Shown one piece after another: positions 1 through 13,190 of a DNA stretch of 64,000 nt. The position numbers were made by a program, and so were the translations under genes. A model generated the notes under the pieces. The model saw only the letters and a list, made by a program, of their open reading frames with translations. It had not been told where the DNA came from and did no database searches. Position 1 is the first letter of the stretch; each line of letters begins with the position of its first letter. Origin of the DNA: the human T2T-CHM13v2.0 reference genome, Homo sapiens; the NCBI RefSeq assembly GCF_009914755.1, contig NC_060925.1. One strand, written 5' to 3'.

Positions 1-859
1 TGTAGAATTACTCCTTTTGTAACCTGTATACCATGCATGGATTTAAAAAAGACATAATGGGACCCCTATGAAAATTTCTGGACCTCCTTTTTATCTGGCA
101 CACTGTCCTGCAAAGTCTAGTACCTTGGTCTCCATGAACTCCATCAATGTCTCCTCAATTTAGCATGTCCAATGTTTAATTGATGGTTATCTCCTTGGAT
201 TTTTCCTCCTTGCCTTGTGGCCCAGAAATTACCTCCAAGCAGAAAGTGAGTAATGTCTGAAAATGACTGTTTTATATATTGTATCCAGTTTTCTAGTAGT
301 TTACAGAAGAAAGATATGCCTGAACTCTGTTATTCTCTTATATTCAGAAACAGAGATTTCCAAACCCTGGGTTTAACTGAAAATTCTTAGTGAACCTTTG
401 TTGCTTAGAGCCTTTTCAGTCTCTTCTTCTATTGTTTGTATCACAAAAACAGGTTAGCTTTTTCAAAACCAATAGATCCAAATTTTTAGATGTTCTCTAA
501 TTCCTTTTTATTTCCACTTGCAAAATGATAAATTTCTCATGTGAACTCATATCATTCTTAAATACTCTGCTTTAAGCATCAAGGAACAATCAAGACAAAT
601 TGACATTCTGACCCTTTCCAACAGCTTCTCCTTTCAAATCCACCTTAAATGTTATCACATGCAGCAGGTTTACAAAATATGCAACTACTGCATAACATGA
701 ATCTTCATCTTTCTAATTTGCAACATTTGTTTCCTTACCATTTAACTTTGGTATGCCAGCTTTTCATTATGTCAGCTCTCTTCTTCACAGTACCATTGTT
801 TCTGCTAATAACACCACAATAAGTAGACTCAAACATGTAATGGTGCAAACAATAGTCCT

Positions 860-1185
860 AGGTGAATGTTCAGGGTGCTGTGGTATTTCTTCTCCATGAT
901 GTTTTGCAGAGATCCAGAATCCTTTCATCTTGTCACCCTTAGGGACGTAGGGAGTTATTATAGTTAGATTCAGCAAAGGGAAGGCAAAGCAGCATGCAGG
1001 AGCACATGTGGGAAGTTATATGGACCAACTCTAAAAGTGGCACATATCACATCTCACATTCCACTAGCTAGAATTCAATCACAGGTATAACCTAAGGGAG
1101 ATTGTAATTCAATTGTAAGAAGGATTTGCAAATGTAACTTAGCTGTGTGCCAAAGATAAGAAGAAAATAGATTCAGGTAGACAAA
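860..1185. mobile_element. Old MaLR LTR fragment (MLT1J/K-like)
   Basis: motifs such as 'aaagtggcacatatcac..tcacattccact.gctagaa.tca.tcaca' and 'aaatgta..ttagctgtgtgcc' resemble the recalled MLT1J/K consensus; ends approximate. Confidence 0.5.
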
Positions 1186-2760
1186 GAGCAGAAAGATTTA
1201 AGTGTATGTGGATTCTTTTTTTTGTTGTTTCTTCATGTCTCAGTTTATTTTGGAGTGCAAATTCTCAGAGACCCACTTCACATCTAAATTTCCTTATTTT
1301 TGAGGTAATTCTTCTCTTGCCTCTTTCCCTTTTCTTTTTCCCTCTCTTTTTCATGTCTCTTTTTTCTACAAATATTAAATCTTCCAAGTACTTTGCTAGA
1401 ATCTGGACTATGTTGGTAAGCAAGGTAGAGTCCCTGCCAGCGGAGTGACAGTAATTTTTATGTTTTCTATTATTTACCTAATATTTTACCTAGCATCATA
1501 TACAGTAATATTACCTGATGATTTTTAAAATAAAAACTGGGTTATTCAGAATTGTTGAAAGTAACAAGAAACTACTACTCAGGGAAAACTTAGAGAAAAA
1601 AAGACAAAACTCTTCCTATTCATCACCGTTTGCTTTCAGAATTAAAATATTCCATAATCTTTGCCAGACAGAAAGTAACAACATTGATTTCAAATCACCC
1701 TCCCTGACAACTCCCATCAAAACCCAAAACAAAAAAAAATGCATTAACTGGAGGACATCTAATTTCCTAAGTCTGTTTTTAATTTTGCTGTATACATTTT
1801 TATATTAACTCTATATTGATTTTTTTCATTGTTGTTGTTCCAGTGTACGCAGTGTTCCAGATTACTTTTCTGGCAACTGCTGATGTGGTTTGTGGCTATG
1901 TTTCGTCCCATTTCTTAATTAGATGAAATGACACCCCACTTATAATTTAGTTACATAAAAATGGGAGAAATGTCAGTGTTTTTATAGGAAAATCACCGTG
2001 CTGACAACAAATCTAGGTAACATGGTAGAATGGTATCATATATCTTCTCTGGATTTTGTATTTCAATTCTTGGGTGATCCTAAAACAATGAATAAGCTTA
2101 TTTTAAAATTAATTTATTCACTTAATAAATATTTACTGAGTTCTTATTCTGTGTTTGGCAGCTCTGTGAATAGCTTAGAATATATATGTAGTTCCTGTTT
2201 TTGAAGAGACTATGCCCCGGTAGGGAAAATCGAAATATAAGCAGGCTCCTAGTGTTGTATAAGAACTATGATTTCAGTGTACATAGGAAGATTTAAGGGC
2301 ACAAAGAAAGGGCTCTGAGTTATGCTTGTGGGATCCTGATTGAGGACCCATTAATGAGGTCTGAAAGAAATTTTGAAGGATAGGTAGGAGTTGACCAAAA
2401 AAATAAAGAGAAGGGTATTTGGAGCTGATGGGAATGGGATTATAAAGGTGAGGGGGGCATGTGAAGAAGTAAAAGTCATTGGGTTTGACTGAGGCTTAGT
2501 ATTGGAGTAGGTTGAAGATATTGTTGAGAAATGAAGCTGGTGAGATCACAACTTTTACTTATTGAATGATTTTTATGTACCACATACTTTACAGGTATTA
2601 TTTAAATTAATACACTTTATTATTTTGAGCAGTTTTAAGTACTCAGCAAAATTAGGCAGCAAGTACAGAGAGTTCCCATATAACCTCATCCCCACCGTGT
2701 GCAACCTCCCCTACTATCAGCATTCCACACCAGAGTGGTATATTGTAATCAATTGTCCCA

Positions 2761-2976
2761 CAGACACTTGAACACACATGTTTATAGCAGCACGATTTGC
2801 AACGGTGAAAATATGGAACCAGCCTAAATGCCCATCAATCGAGTGGATAAAGAAATTGTGGTATAAATATATATGATGGAATACTGTTCAGCCATTAAAA
2901 GGAACAAATTAATGTCATTTGCAGCAACCTGGATGGAACTGGAGACTGTTATTCTAAATGAAGTAACTCAGGAATG
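2761..2976 (+). mobile_element. Internal L1PB-type ORF2 C-terminal fragment, no poly(A), no TSD
   Basis: 'gcagcaacctggatggaactggagact.ttattctaa.tgaagtaactcaggaatg'; ORF MEYCSAIKRNKLMSFAATWMELETVILNEVTQE. Confidence 0.8.
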
Positions 2977-4555
2977 TAGACATAAAATTTTAATCTATTT
3001 GGGTAAATACAAAGGAGGACAATTACTGAATCATATGGTAATAATATATTTAGTTTTGTTAGAAACTTGCAAACTGTCTTCCAAAGTGGCTATACCATTT
3101 TGCATTCCCTCCAGCCATGAATGAGAGTTCCTGTTGCTCCACATCCTCACCAAATTTGGTATTGTCAGTTTTGTGGATCTTAGCCATTCTAATAGGTGTG
3201 TAGTGGCATTTCATTGTTGTTTGAAGTTGCAATTTCCTAATGTAATATGATGTTGAACATCTTTTTCATAGGCTTACTTGTCATCTGTTTATCCTCTTTG
3301 GTAAGGCTGTTCAGGTATTTTTCTCATTTTTTAATTGAGTTGTTTCTTGTTGAGTTTTAAGAGTATTTTTGTGTATTTTGGATAACAGTTCTTTATAAGA
3401 TGTGGGGTTTCTTTTGCAATTGTTTTCTTCTAGTCTGTGACTTGTTTTCCCACTTTTTAATTTTTTTTTCTGAGCAGAGCTTTTAAGTTTTAATAAAGTC
3501 CCCTTATTGATTATTTCTTTCATGGATCATGTCTTTGGTGTTGTGTCTAGAAAGTTATTGCTGTACCAGGGTGATGTAGGTTTTTATCCTATGTTAACTT
3601 TTAGGAGTCTTTTCAGCTTTGTGGGTCTATTACCCACCTTGAGTTAATTTTTATTAGGAGTGTGAGGTTTGTGTCTATATTCATCTTTTAGCATGTAGGT
3701 GTCCAGTTTTTTCAGCAAAATTTTTTTGAAAAAACTATCTTTGCTCCACCATATTGCCTTTGTATCTTTGTCAAGGATCTGTTGACTGTATTTATATGGG
3801 TCTGTTTCTGGGCTCTATTTTATTGTTTTACATGTCTATTCTTTCACTAGTACTACACTGTGTTGATTACTGCAGCTTTATTGTAAGTCTTAAAGTCAGA
3901 GGTGTCAGTCCTCCAGCTTTGTTCTTCTTTTATATTGTGTTGGCTATCCTGGGCTCTTTGCTTCTCCATACAAAACTTAGAATCAGTTTGTTGATATCCA
4001 CAAAATAACTGACTGGGATTTTGATTGAGATTTCATTGAATCTATAGATTAAGTTGGGAAGAACCAATATCTTTGCAATATTGAGTCTTTCTACTTGTTA
4101 ACATGTAAATAGCTCTTCATTTATTTAGTTCTTCTTTAATATCTTTCATCAGAGTTTTGTAGTTTTCCTCATACGGATCTTGCATATATTTTGTTAAATT
4201 TATACTTAAATATTTCATTTTGGGGGGTTCTAATGTAAATAGTAATGTACTTTTAATTTCAAATTCTGCTTGTTTATTGCTGGTATATAGGAAAATGATT
4301 GACTTTTATATATTAACCTTGTATTCTGTAAACTCTCTATAATTGCTTATTAGTTTCAGGAGTGTTTTTGTCAATACTTTTGGATTTTCTATATACATAA
4401 TTATGTCATCTGTGAGCAAAGACACTTTTATTTCTTCCTTTACAATCTATAAAGAGTTATTTCATTTTCTTTTCTTATTGCATTAGCTAGGACTTCCAGT
4501 ATGATGCTGAAAAGCACTGGTGAGAGAGAACATTTTTGCCTTTTTCCTGATGTCA

Positions 4556-4918
<363 letters not shown>

Positions 4919-5549
4919 TTAACTGTAGGTGTTTTGTAGATGTAGATGTTCTTTATCAAGTTGAGAAAGTTACCCTCTATTTCTAGTTTGCTGAGATTTA
5001 AAAAATTATGAATTGGTATTGAATTTTGTCAATTTTTTCTGCATCTTTTTAAGTTTTTCTACATTTATTAATAGGATCATGTGATTTTTTCCCCTGCTTT
5101 ATCCTATTGATGTGGTGGATTACATTAATTGATTTTCAAATGTTTAACTGGCCCAGTATTTCTATACTTGGGATAAATCCCACTACATTGTTGGACTTGA
5201 CTTACTAACATTTTGTTGAGGATTGTTGAACCTATATTCATAAGAGATATTGGTCTGTAGTTTTCTTTGAATGTCTTTATATGGTTTTGGTATTAGGGTA
5301 ATGCTGGTTTTATAGAAAGAGTTAGTATTTCCTCTGATTCTAACTTCTGGGAGAGATTGTGGAAAATTGGTATGATTTCTTTCTTAAATATTTGGTAGAA
5401 TTCATCAGTGAACCCATCTGGGCCTGGTGCCTTCTTTTTTGGAAGGTTATTATTAATTTAATTTATTTGATGAATATAAGCCTGTTCCAATCACCTATTT
5501 CTTCTGGTGTGATTTTGGAAAATTGTGTCTTTCAAGAAATTGGTTCATT

Positions 5550-5687
5550 TTAAATTTATTTTTAATTAATTATTGAAAAAAAACCATCTTAATCTGTCAC
5601 CCAGGCTGGAGTGCAGTGTTGCAATCATAGCTCATTGCAGCCTCAAACTCCTGGGCTCAAGCAATCCTCTCACCTCAGCCTCCTGGG
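5550..5687 (-). mobile_element. AluJ/FLAM fragment
   Basis: 'tgtcacccaggctggagtgcagtg...ctcctgggctcaagcaatcctc'; flanked by an imperfect TSD aattggt(t/c)catt. Confidence 0.8.
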
Positions 5688-7151
5688 AATTGGTCCATTG
5701 TATTTAGGTTTTCAAATTTATGGGTATACAGTTGTTCATAATATTCTCTTATTATTCTTTTACCGTTCATGAGACCTGTAGTCATGTCCTTTCTTTCATA
5801 TCTGACATTAGTAATTTGCATGCTCTCTCTTTTTGATTACTTAGTCTGGCTAGAGGCTTATTGATTTTATAAATCTTTTCAAAAAAACAGGATTTAGTTT
5901 TATTTTCTGCTCTAGTTCTTATTATTTCTTTCATTTCCTTACTTTGGATTTAATTTGCTCTTCTTTTTCTAGTATTCTAAGGTAGAAGCTTAGATTATTA
6001 ATTTTAGATGTTTCTTTTTTTCTAATATCTTATTCAATATTATACATTTCCTTCTAAGCAATGCTTTTGTTGCATTCCACAAATTTGGTAAGTTGTATTT
6101 TCATTTAGTTCAAACTGTTTTTTAAGTTTCTCATAAGATTTTTTTTACCCATATGTTATTTAGAAGTGTATAGGTTAATCTCCAAACATTTTGAGGTTTT
6201 CCAGCTATCTTTCTGTTATTGATTTCTATTTTAATTTCACTGTGATCTGATAACAGACATTGTATGATTTCTGTTCTTTTAAATTTGTTAGGGTGTGTTT
6301 GTTAGTGTCTATCTTCGTGAGTGTCCATGAACTTAGTCAAGTTCATGTGAACTAGAGAAAAATGTTTATTCTCCTGTTGGATGTAGTAGCCTATAAATGT
6401 CCATTATATCCAGTTGATTATGTTGCTTTTTAGTTCGACTATGTCCTTCCTTACGGATTTTCTGCTTGCTGGATCTATCCATTTCTGATAGAGGAGTGTT
6501 AAATTCTGTAACTGTAATAGTGGATCCATCCGTTTCTTTGCAGTTCTTTCTGTTTCTCCTCAGGTATTTTTATGCTCTGCTGTTAGATTCATACATGTTA
6601 AGAATTGTTATGCCTTCTTAGAGAAATGACCTTTTTATTATTATATAATGCCCCTCTTTTCTCTTAATAACTTTCCTTGCTATTAAATCTATTCTGTCGG
6701 ATGTTAATATAGCCAATCCCAGTTTCTTTTGGTTAGTGTTAGCATAGTATATCTTTCCTCATCTATTTACTTTTAATCTGTGTGTTTTTATATTTAAAGT
6801 GAATTTTTTGTAGATAATATATAGTTGTATCTTGTTGTTTGATCCACTCTAACAATCTCTGTCTTTTAATTGGTGCATTTAGACCATTGACATTCAAGGT
6901 GATTACTGACACAGTTGAATTAATATCTATTATATTTGTTACTACTTCTATTTGTTGCCCTTGTTTTCTTTCCTTGTTTTTGTATCCCACTCTTTTTCTG
7001 CCATTTGTGCCTTTAGTTGAGCATTTTATGTGATTCCATTTTATCTTCTTTCTTAGTATATAAGTTGCACTTTTCTAAAACTTCTAAGTGGTTGCTCTAG
7101 AATTTGCTATATACATTTACAACAATTCATGTCTACTTTCAAATAACACTA

Positions 7152-7295
7152 TACACTCCCCGACTTATGATTATTTAACTTACAATTTTTTGACTTTATG
7201 ATGGTGAGAAAGTGATAGAAATTCAGTACACTTCTTGACTTATTATGGTGTGATGTCCCAATTACAACTCCATTGTAAATACAGGAGCATCTGTA
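7152..7295. mobile_element. TcMar-Tigger MITE (MER47/Tigger5-like)
   Basis: TIR-like ends 'ctccccgactta' and 'tgtaaatacaggagcatctg|ta'. Confidence 0.65.
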
Positions 7296-7654
7296 CCACT
7301 TTAAGAGTAGTGCAAGTACCTGATAATAACAAAATAATTTTAATTCTTTCATCCTGTTCCTTGTATTGTTTCTGTCAAATATTTTATTTACATATAAGCA
7401 TATGAATAGGAATAAAATACATTGTTGCTATTATTTTGAACAAACTGTTATCTGTTAGATCAATTAAGGATTGTTACCTTACTTATTCCTTCTCTGATTC
7501 TCTTGCTTTCTTTATGTAGATCTGAGTTTCTGACTTAATATTATTTTCCTTTTCTCTAAAGAATTTCTTTTAATGTTTCCTTGTGAAGTAATTCCACTGG
7601 CAACAAACTTCCCCAATTTTTCTTTATTTGAGAAAGTCTATTACTCCTTCACTT

Positions 7655-7910
7655 TTCCTTCCCCTTCCTTCCCTCCCTCCCTCCTTCCTTCCCTCCCTCC
7701 TTCCTTTGCCCCCTCCCTTCCTCCCTCCCTTCCTCCTTTCTTCCCTCCCTTCTTTCCTTTTTTCTTCCTTTCTTCCTTTGTTCCTTCCTTCTTTACTTTC
7801 TCTCTCTCCTTCTTCCTCTCTGTCCTCTCTTTTCTTTCTCTCTTTCCTTCTCTCTTTTCTTCTTTATCCTTCCTTCCTTCCTTTTCCTTTCTTTTTTCTT
7901 TTCTTTTATT
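7655..7910. repeat. CT-rich polypyrimidine low-complexity tract
   Basis: about 250 bp of ccct/cctt/tttc units. Confidence 0.95.
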
Positions 7911-9124
7911 TCATGAGTACTGGTGCACCAGGATCTCCTTCACTTTTGAAAGATAATTTTGCAGGGTACAGAATTCTAAGTTGATATTTTATTTCTCAGC
8001 ACTTTAAATACTTCCACCTTTTCTTTTGTGCATGGTTTGTGAGGAAAATTCTGACATAATTCTTATATTTGCAATCCTTTACTTCTTTCAAGATTTTTAT
8101 TTTTGCTTTTTTTTTTGTATTTTAAATATACTATGCCTAGTTATAGCTTTTGGGGGGCATTTATCCCACTTGCTGTCGGAGCTTCCTGAACCTGTGGTTT
8201 GATATCTGATGTTAATTTGGGGGGAATTCTCAGTCATTATTTCTTTAAATATCTGTTCCTTTCTCTCTCTCTTCTTCTGCATATGTTAAACCTTTTGTAG
8301 TTGTCTCACCATTCTTGGATATTCTGTTCTGTTTCCCACCCTACCCCCTAGTATTTTTTTTTCTTTTCGATTTTAGATGTTTCTATTGAAATATGCTCAA
8401 GCTTGGTGATTGTTTCCTCAACTTTTTCCAGTCCAGTCAAATGAAGCCAATCAAAGGCATTCTTCATTTCTATTAGTCTTTCTGATCTCCAGCATTTCTT
8501 TTTATTCTTTCTTAGCATTTCCATATCTCTGCTTATATTGCCCATCTGTTTTTGTAGGCTGTATATCTTATCTACTAGAACTCTTAGGATGTTAATCACA
8601 GTTTGTTTTTTTTTTATTCCCAGTCTGATAACTCTAACATTAGAGTTAGAGTTCTGAGTCTGGTTCTGATGCTTGCTCTGTCTCCTCAAACTGTGGGGTT
8701 TTTTTCTTCGCCTTTTAATATGCCTTGTAATTTTTTCTTGATAGGCAGACTGGGTGCTATATGATGTACTGGGTACAAGGCATTGTGGTTACTAAGCTAT
8801 AGTCATGTAGTGGTAAGATGTGGAGCGAGAGGAAGCATGCTGTAGTCCTGTGATTAGATCTCATGTCTTTTAGTGAGCCTGTGCTTCTGGACTCACAAGT
8901 CTCACAAGTGCTTCTTAGTTCCTGCCCCACCCCTTTAGGTGGGACCGGATGGCTACAGTGGACTAGAGTTGTGTATTTTTCTTCCCCTATATAGAAGGCT
9001 AGAGCAAGCTGGAGTTAGACATGTCCTTTGCCCTAATCTGTTAGGCTCTGGAAAACCCTCAGTAGTATAGGTTCTGGTTAAATGACTTCTCTTAAGGTCA
9101 GACCTTGATAAGAAGAACAGAATG

Positions 9125-9440
<316 letters not shown>

Positions 9441-9867
9441 AGAATGTTGTGGGATATTTCCAGTTGATCACTTTCCTCCTTTCCCTACCAGAAGCATAAG
9501 GGGATTTTTCTCTTTAATTTACTGCGAGAATTTATTTAATCCTCTGAAGGCAAAACTCAGGTCCCTGAAGCTCATCCACTCTGAGCCTTCAAGCGATTCA
9601 TGGATTACAGTTTAAGTTTTCCTGCCCCAGCATTGTTTTCCATGGAGGTTTCTGCTCTTGGGTGTCTGCTCTGTTGAGTTGTGATTCTCTATATTCACCT
9701 GTCTCTCCAAATTTTGGGAAGAGCTAATTGTCTGTGATTTCACTTCTCTGACAGATCTAAGAAGGGTTGGTTTTTCAGTTTGTTCAGATTTTTACTTGTT
9801 GGGATGGAATGATTTCCAAGCTCCCTACATGCCAGATAGGAGTCCTGCTATTTAATTTTATCTTTCA

Positions 9868-10186
<319 letters not shown>

Positions 10187-10284
10187 AAAGGAAGTCTTTT
10201 GAGAGTTAAAGGGGGTTATTTTTAATAATTATCCCAGGACAAAAAACATAAACTGTAATGTATGATTACTGTATTGATGCAGTT

Positions 10285-10970
10285 GCCTACTGATGAGGAA
10301 ACTAATATTTCAGAGCTAATAAGAGGTATAGGTGGGATTTGAACCCAGGCAGTCTGATCCCTGAGTCAGTGCACTTATCTCTATATTATGTCACACTCAC
10401 ACTTTTGGGGTACCTTGTGTAGCTTTTCAAAGTCTTCACTAGGACCTATCAATACTCATCATTGTGGTTGTTCTTTCCCGAAGAGACACATAATTAAAAC
10501 ACAATGTCACAATGATTTATTAGCTCTTAATTTATTATTTTTAATTTCCTTTTATTAGGAGGGCAAGAACTGTGTTAAATTATTCTTTAGTTATTACTGC
10601 ATATAACCTCTTCTAAATCTGCAAGTTTTTCTCCTTCCTGGAATTCTGTACTTGCCAGAGACATCTAGTCAAACTTAGTTCTGTAAACAGTCTTAGATGA
10701 TATAACTTAGTTGGAAATAACATAGCTAATCACTTGTAAAATTTAGCTAAGACTTAGGAGGCAGAAAAATTTAGTGATTAAAAATGGAATTAGGTTGCTG
10801 GATTTGAATGCCAGTTTCATGCCACACAGTCTGTGACTCTTAGGTAAGTGTGATTTTCCTCTCCAAGTCTCACTCTCCTCATCTGTATGCTTGAGAAGAT
10901 AATAGTATCTATCTCTTGGTGGTTGTTTTGAATCCTGTATGAGCCTGGCACATAATCAGGGCTCTTTATT
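10285..10970. mobile_element. Two MIR fragments (~10285-10395, ~10750-10970)
   Basis: MIR core motifs 'gatgaggaaact..ggatttgaacccaggcagtctga' and 'ctcatctgta...ataatagtatcta'. Confidence 0.65.
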
Positions 10971-11234
10971 TTAGCTGGATCTTTAGGTTTCTAGTGAAAT
11001 GCTTTCAAAGCATGATGACTTTAAAATCCTTTCTGACAGTGGTTTTTAAGATCTATCAATGTAGGTATTGAGTCTGCCAGCAGGAGTTCATTGATTATTT
11101 TAAGCTGCCTATTTGTGTAACTTAATATAGATAAGAAAATGGTCCCCTTTGCCATTTTGGTATATCACTAAGTATAGATCTAGCTTCCTTTTCAGATATA
11201 AGGGAGTAGTAAAGAAAATACTTCTATAATCAAC

Positions 11235-13190
11235 TTTTATTTTTATTAGAGCTATAAATATATATAGCTTTCTTAAAAGAAAAAGTCAGTGCAAAAGGCT
11301 TTTAATAGAAACAATCAGTCCCTTGCCCACCCCTCCTGACTCTTGATTATTGATTTCCAGAGGCTACCACTTACAATTCTTTTAGCTATTGATTTTGATA
11401 GTTACCTCCATATTTCTATGTAATCTGTTTATATTACTATTTTTTATTTTTCTTAGTTTTAGATACTCTCTTTTGACTTCTCACTGTAGAGAAGGAGGAT
11501 TTAGCTGTCTTATATCCTTCTCCTATACTTATGTATACTCACACACTCACATATGCACTTATCCTCCTACATTCTACTAAAAGAATCATATTTTGCTGAA
11601 TAAATTTTTATAATCCTGAAAATGTTATTCATAGCTGAGCTATGTGGTAAATTTTGGTTATTCTTTCTTCCATGATATTGTCTTTTTTGAGGTTGATAAT
11701 TATCTCTGTTTGGTTTGTTTGCATAGTTTTCTGTACATCTATCACTAACGTATTCCCAATCTCCCCTACAGAAGTCTCAATCTCTCAGTACTTTAAAAAC
11801 ATTCTGGATTAGGTAGTTTTATGTTTATTTTCTTGGTAGAGGAAGAAATCTCTTCAGGACTCTCTGTTCTCTCATTCCCATAGATATCAATTGCTCTCTT
11901 GGTCTCATACTGGGATCTATACCATCCTGAAAACTTCCTTCTTTTCTTGGTTGTATTCCTGCTTCCTGGATCTCATGTCTTCCTCTTTATTAGTTTGCTC
12001 CCTTGTTTTGTAGAACATGTTCTTTAACAGCGTTCTTAAAAAGGTGAAAGGGAGGTAAAATATTTTGAGATTTGCAAGTCTGGAAATATCTTTTCCTACT
12101 GTCACGTTTATTGAAAATTTAGAATTCTAGGTTAGAAATGATTTTTCCCTCAGAATTTCAAAAACATTGCTCTATTGTTTTTTAGTTTCCAGTTTGCTGC
12201 TAGGAAGACTGATGCTATAGTGATTCCCAATCCTTTCTTTGTGTCTTTTCTTTAACTTCTCTGGAAACTTTTTAGTATCTTTTATCAGTTCCCAGTATTT
12301 TGAAATATTTTACTGATATGCCATTTTGTGTGTATGTGCATGTGTGTGTGTGCTCATTTCCTGTTTGGCACTTGTTGAGTTTGTTCAATCCATAAATTCC
12401 TATCTTTTACTTATAGGACATTTTCTTGAATAGGATCTCTCCAACCCCAAACTGTTTCTGTTTGATTTTCTCTCTTTGGAATGTCAGTTATTCAAATATC
12501 GAATCTTCTGGGCCATTTCTCTAGTTTTAACAATGTGGTTTTTTTTTTTTCCTTGTTTACTTCTTTTTTTTTTCTTTCATTTTCTGGAACAATTCCTTGA
12601 GTTTTTCTTCCAACCATTTTACTAACATTTTAATTTCTGCTCTCCTATTTTCAGTTATTGAGATTTTTTGCCTGGTGTTTCTGTTTATGGCCTTCTAATT
12701 TTGTTCCATGAATGCAATAAGTTCTCCTTTCTCTCAGAATATTAGTAAAAATGATCAAGTTGTATTCTGTATTTTACATTATCTTTTTTTCCTTCAGGTT
12801 TCATATTACAATGTTTATTTGTTTTGGTCTCTGAGAATCTTTTTGGCTTTTCCTTCTTTCTTTTCTTTTTAAATTTTCACAAAAGTTTCTATTGTGACCA
12901 ACAATAAACATTCAAAAAAGTAATAATATCCATTGATTCAATATCCTTCAGAGAATAGAAACCATGTAAAAAAACTGTTAATTTTATAAGAATAGGTAAA
13001 TTTTGGTATCCATATCTGACAATGCCATTACAAGAAGGGAAATTTACAGACCGTGATCCTTTTTGAACTAAATTTATATATCCTATTCAAAAATCCAGCT
13101 ATATTTTATAAGGAGGTTATATAATGACCAAATGTGGTTTATGCAATTAATTCAGTATGTACTAATTCCTGAATAAAGAGTAATAATAGT
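11235..13190. mobile_element. Ancient L1M/L1ME fragments (mostly antisense; a sense ORF2 piece at ~12890-13190 resumes at ~20262-20340)
   Basis: degenerate L1 motifs, e.g. 'agaattctaggttagaaatgatttttccctcagaattt', and 'atgaccaaatgtggtttat' (HDQVGF-like). Confidence 0.5.

Noticed and set aside
7573-7984. 127-aa and 118-aa ORFs rich in P/S/F/L
   Set aside because: Translations of the CT-rich simple repeat; no coding signal.
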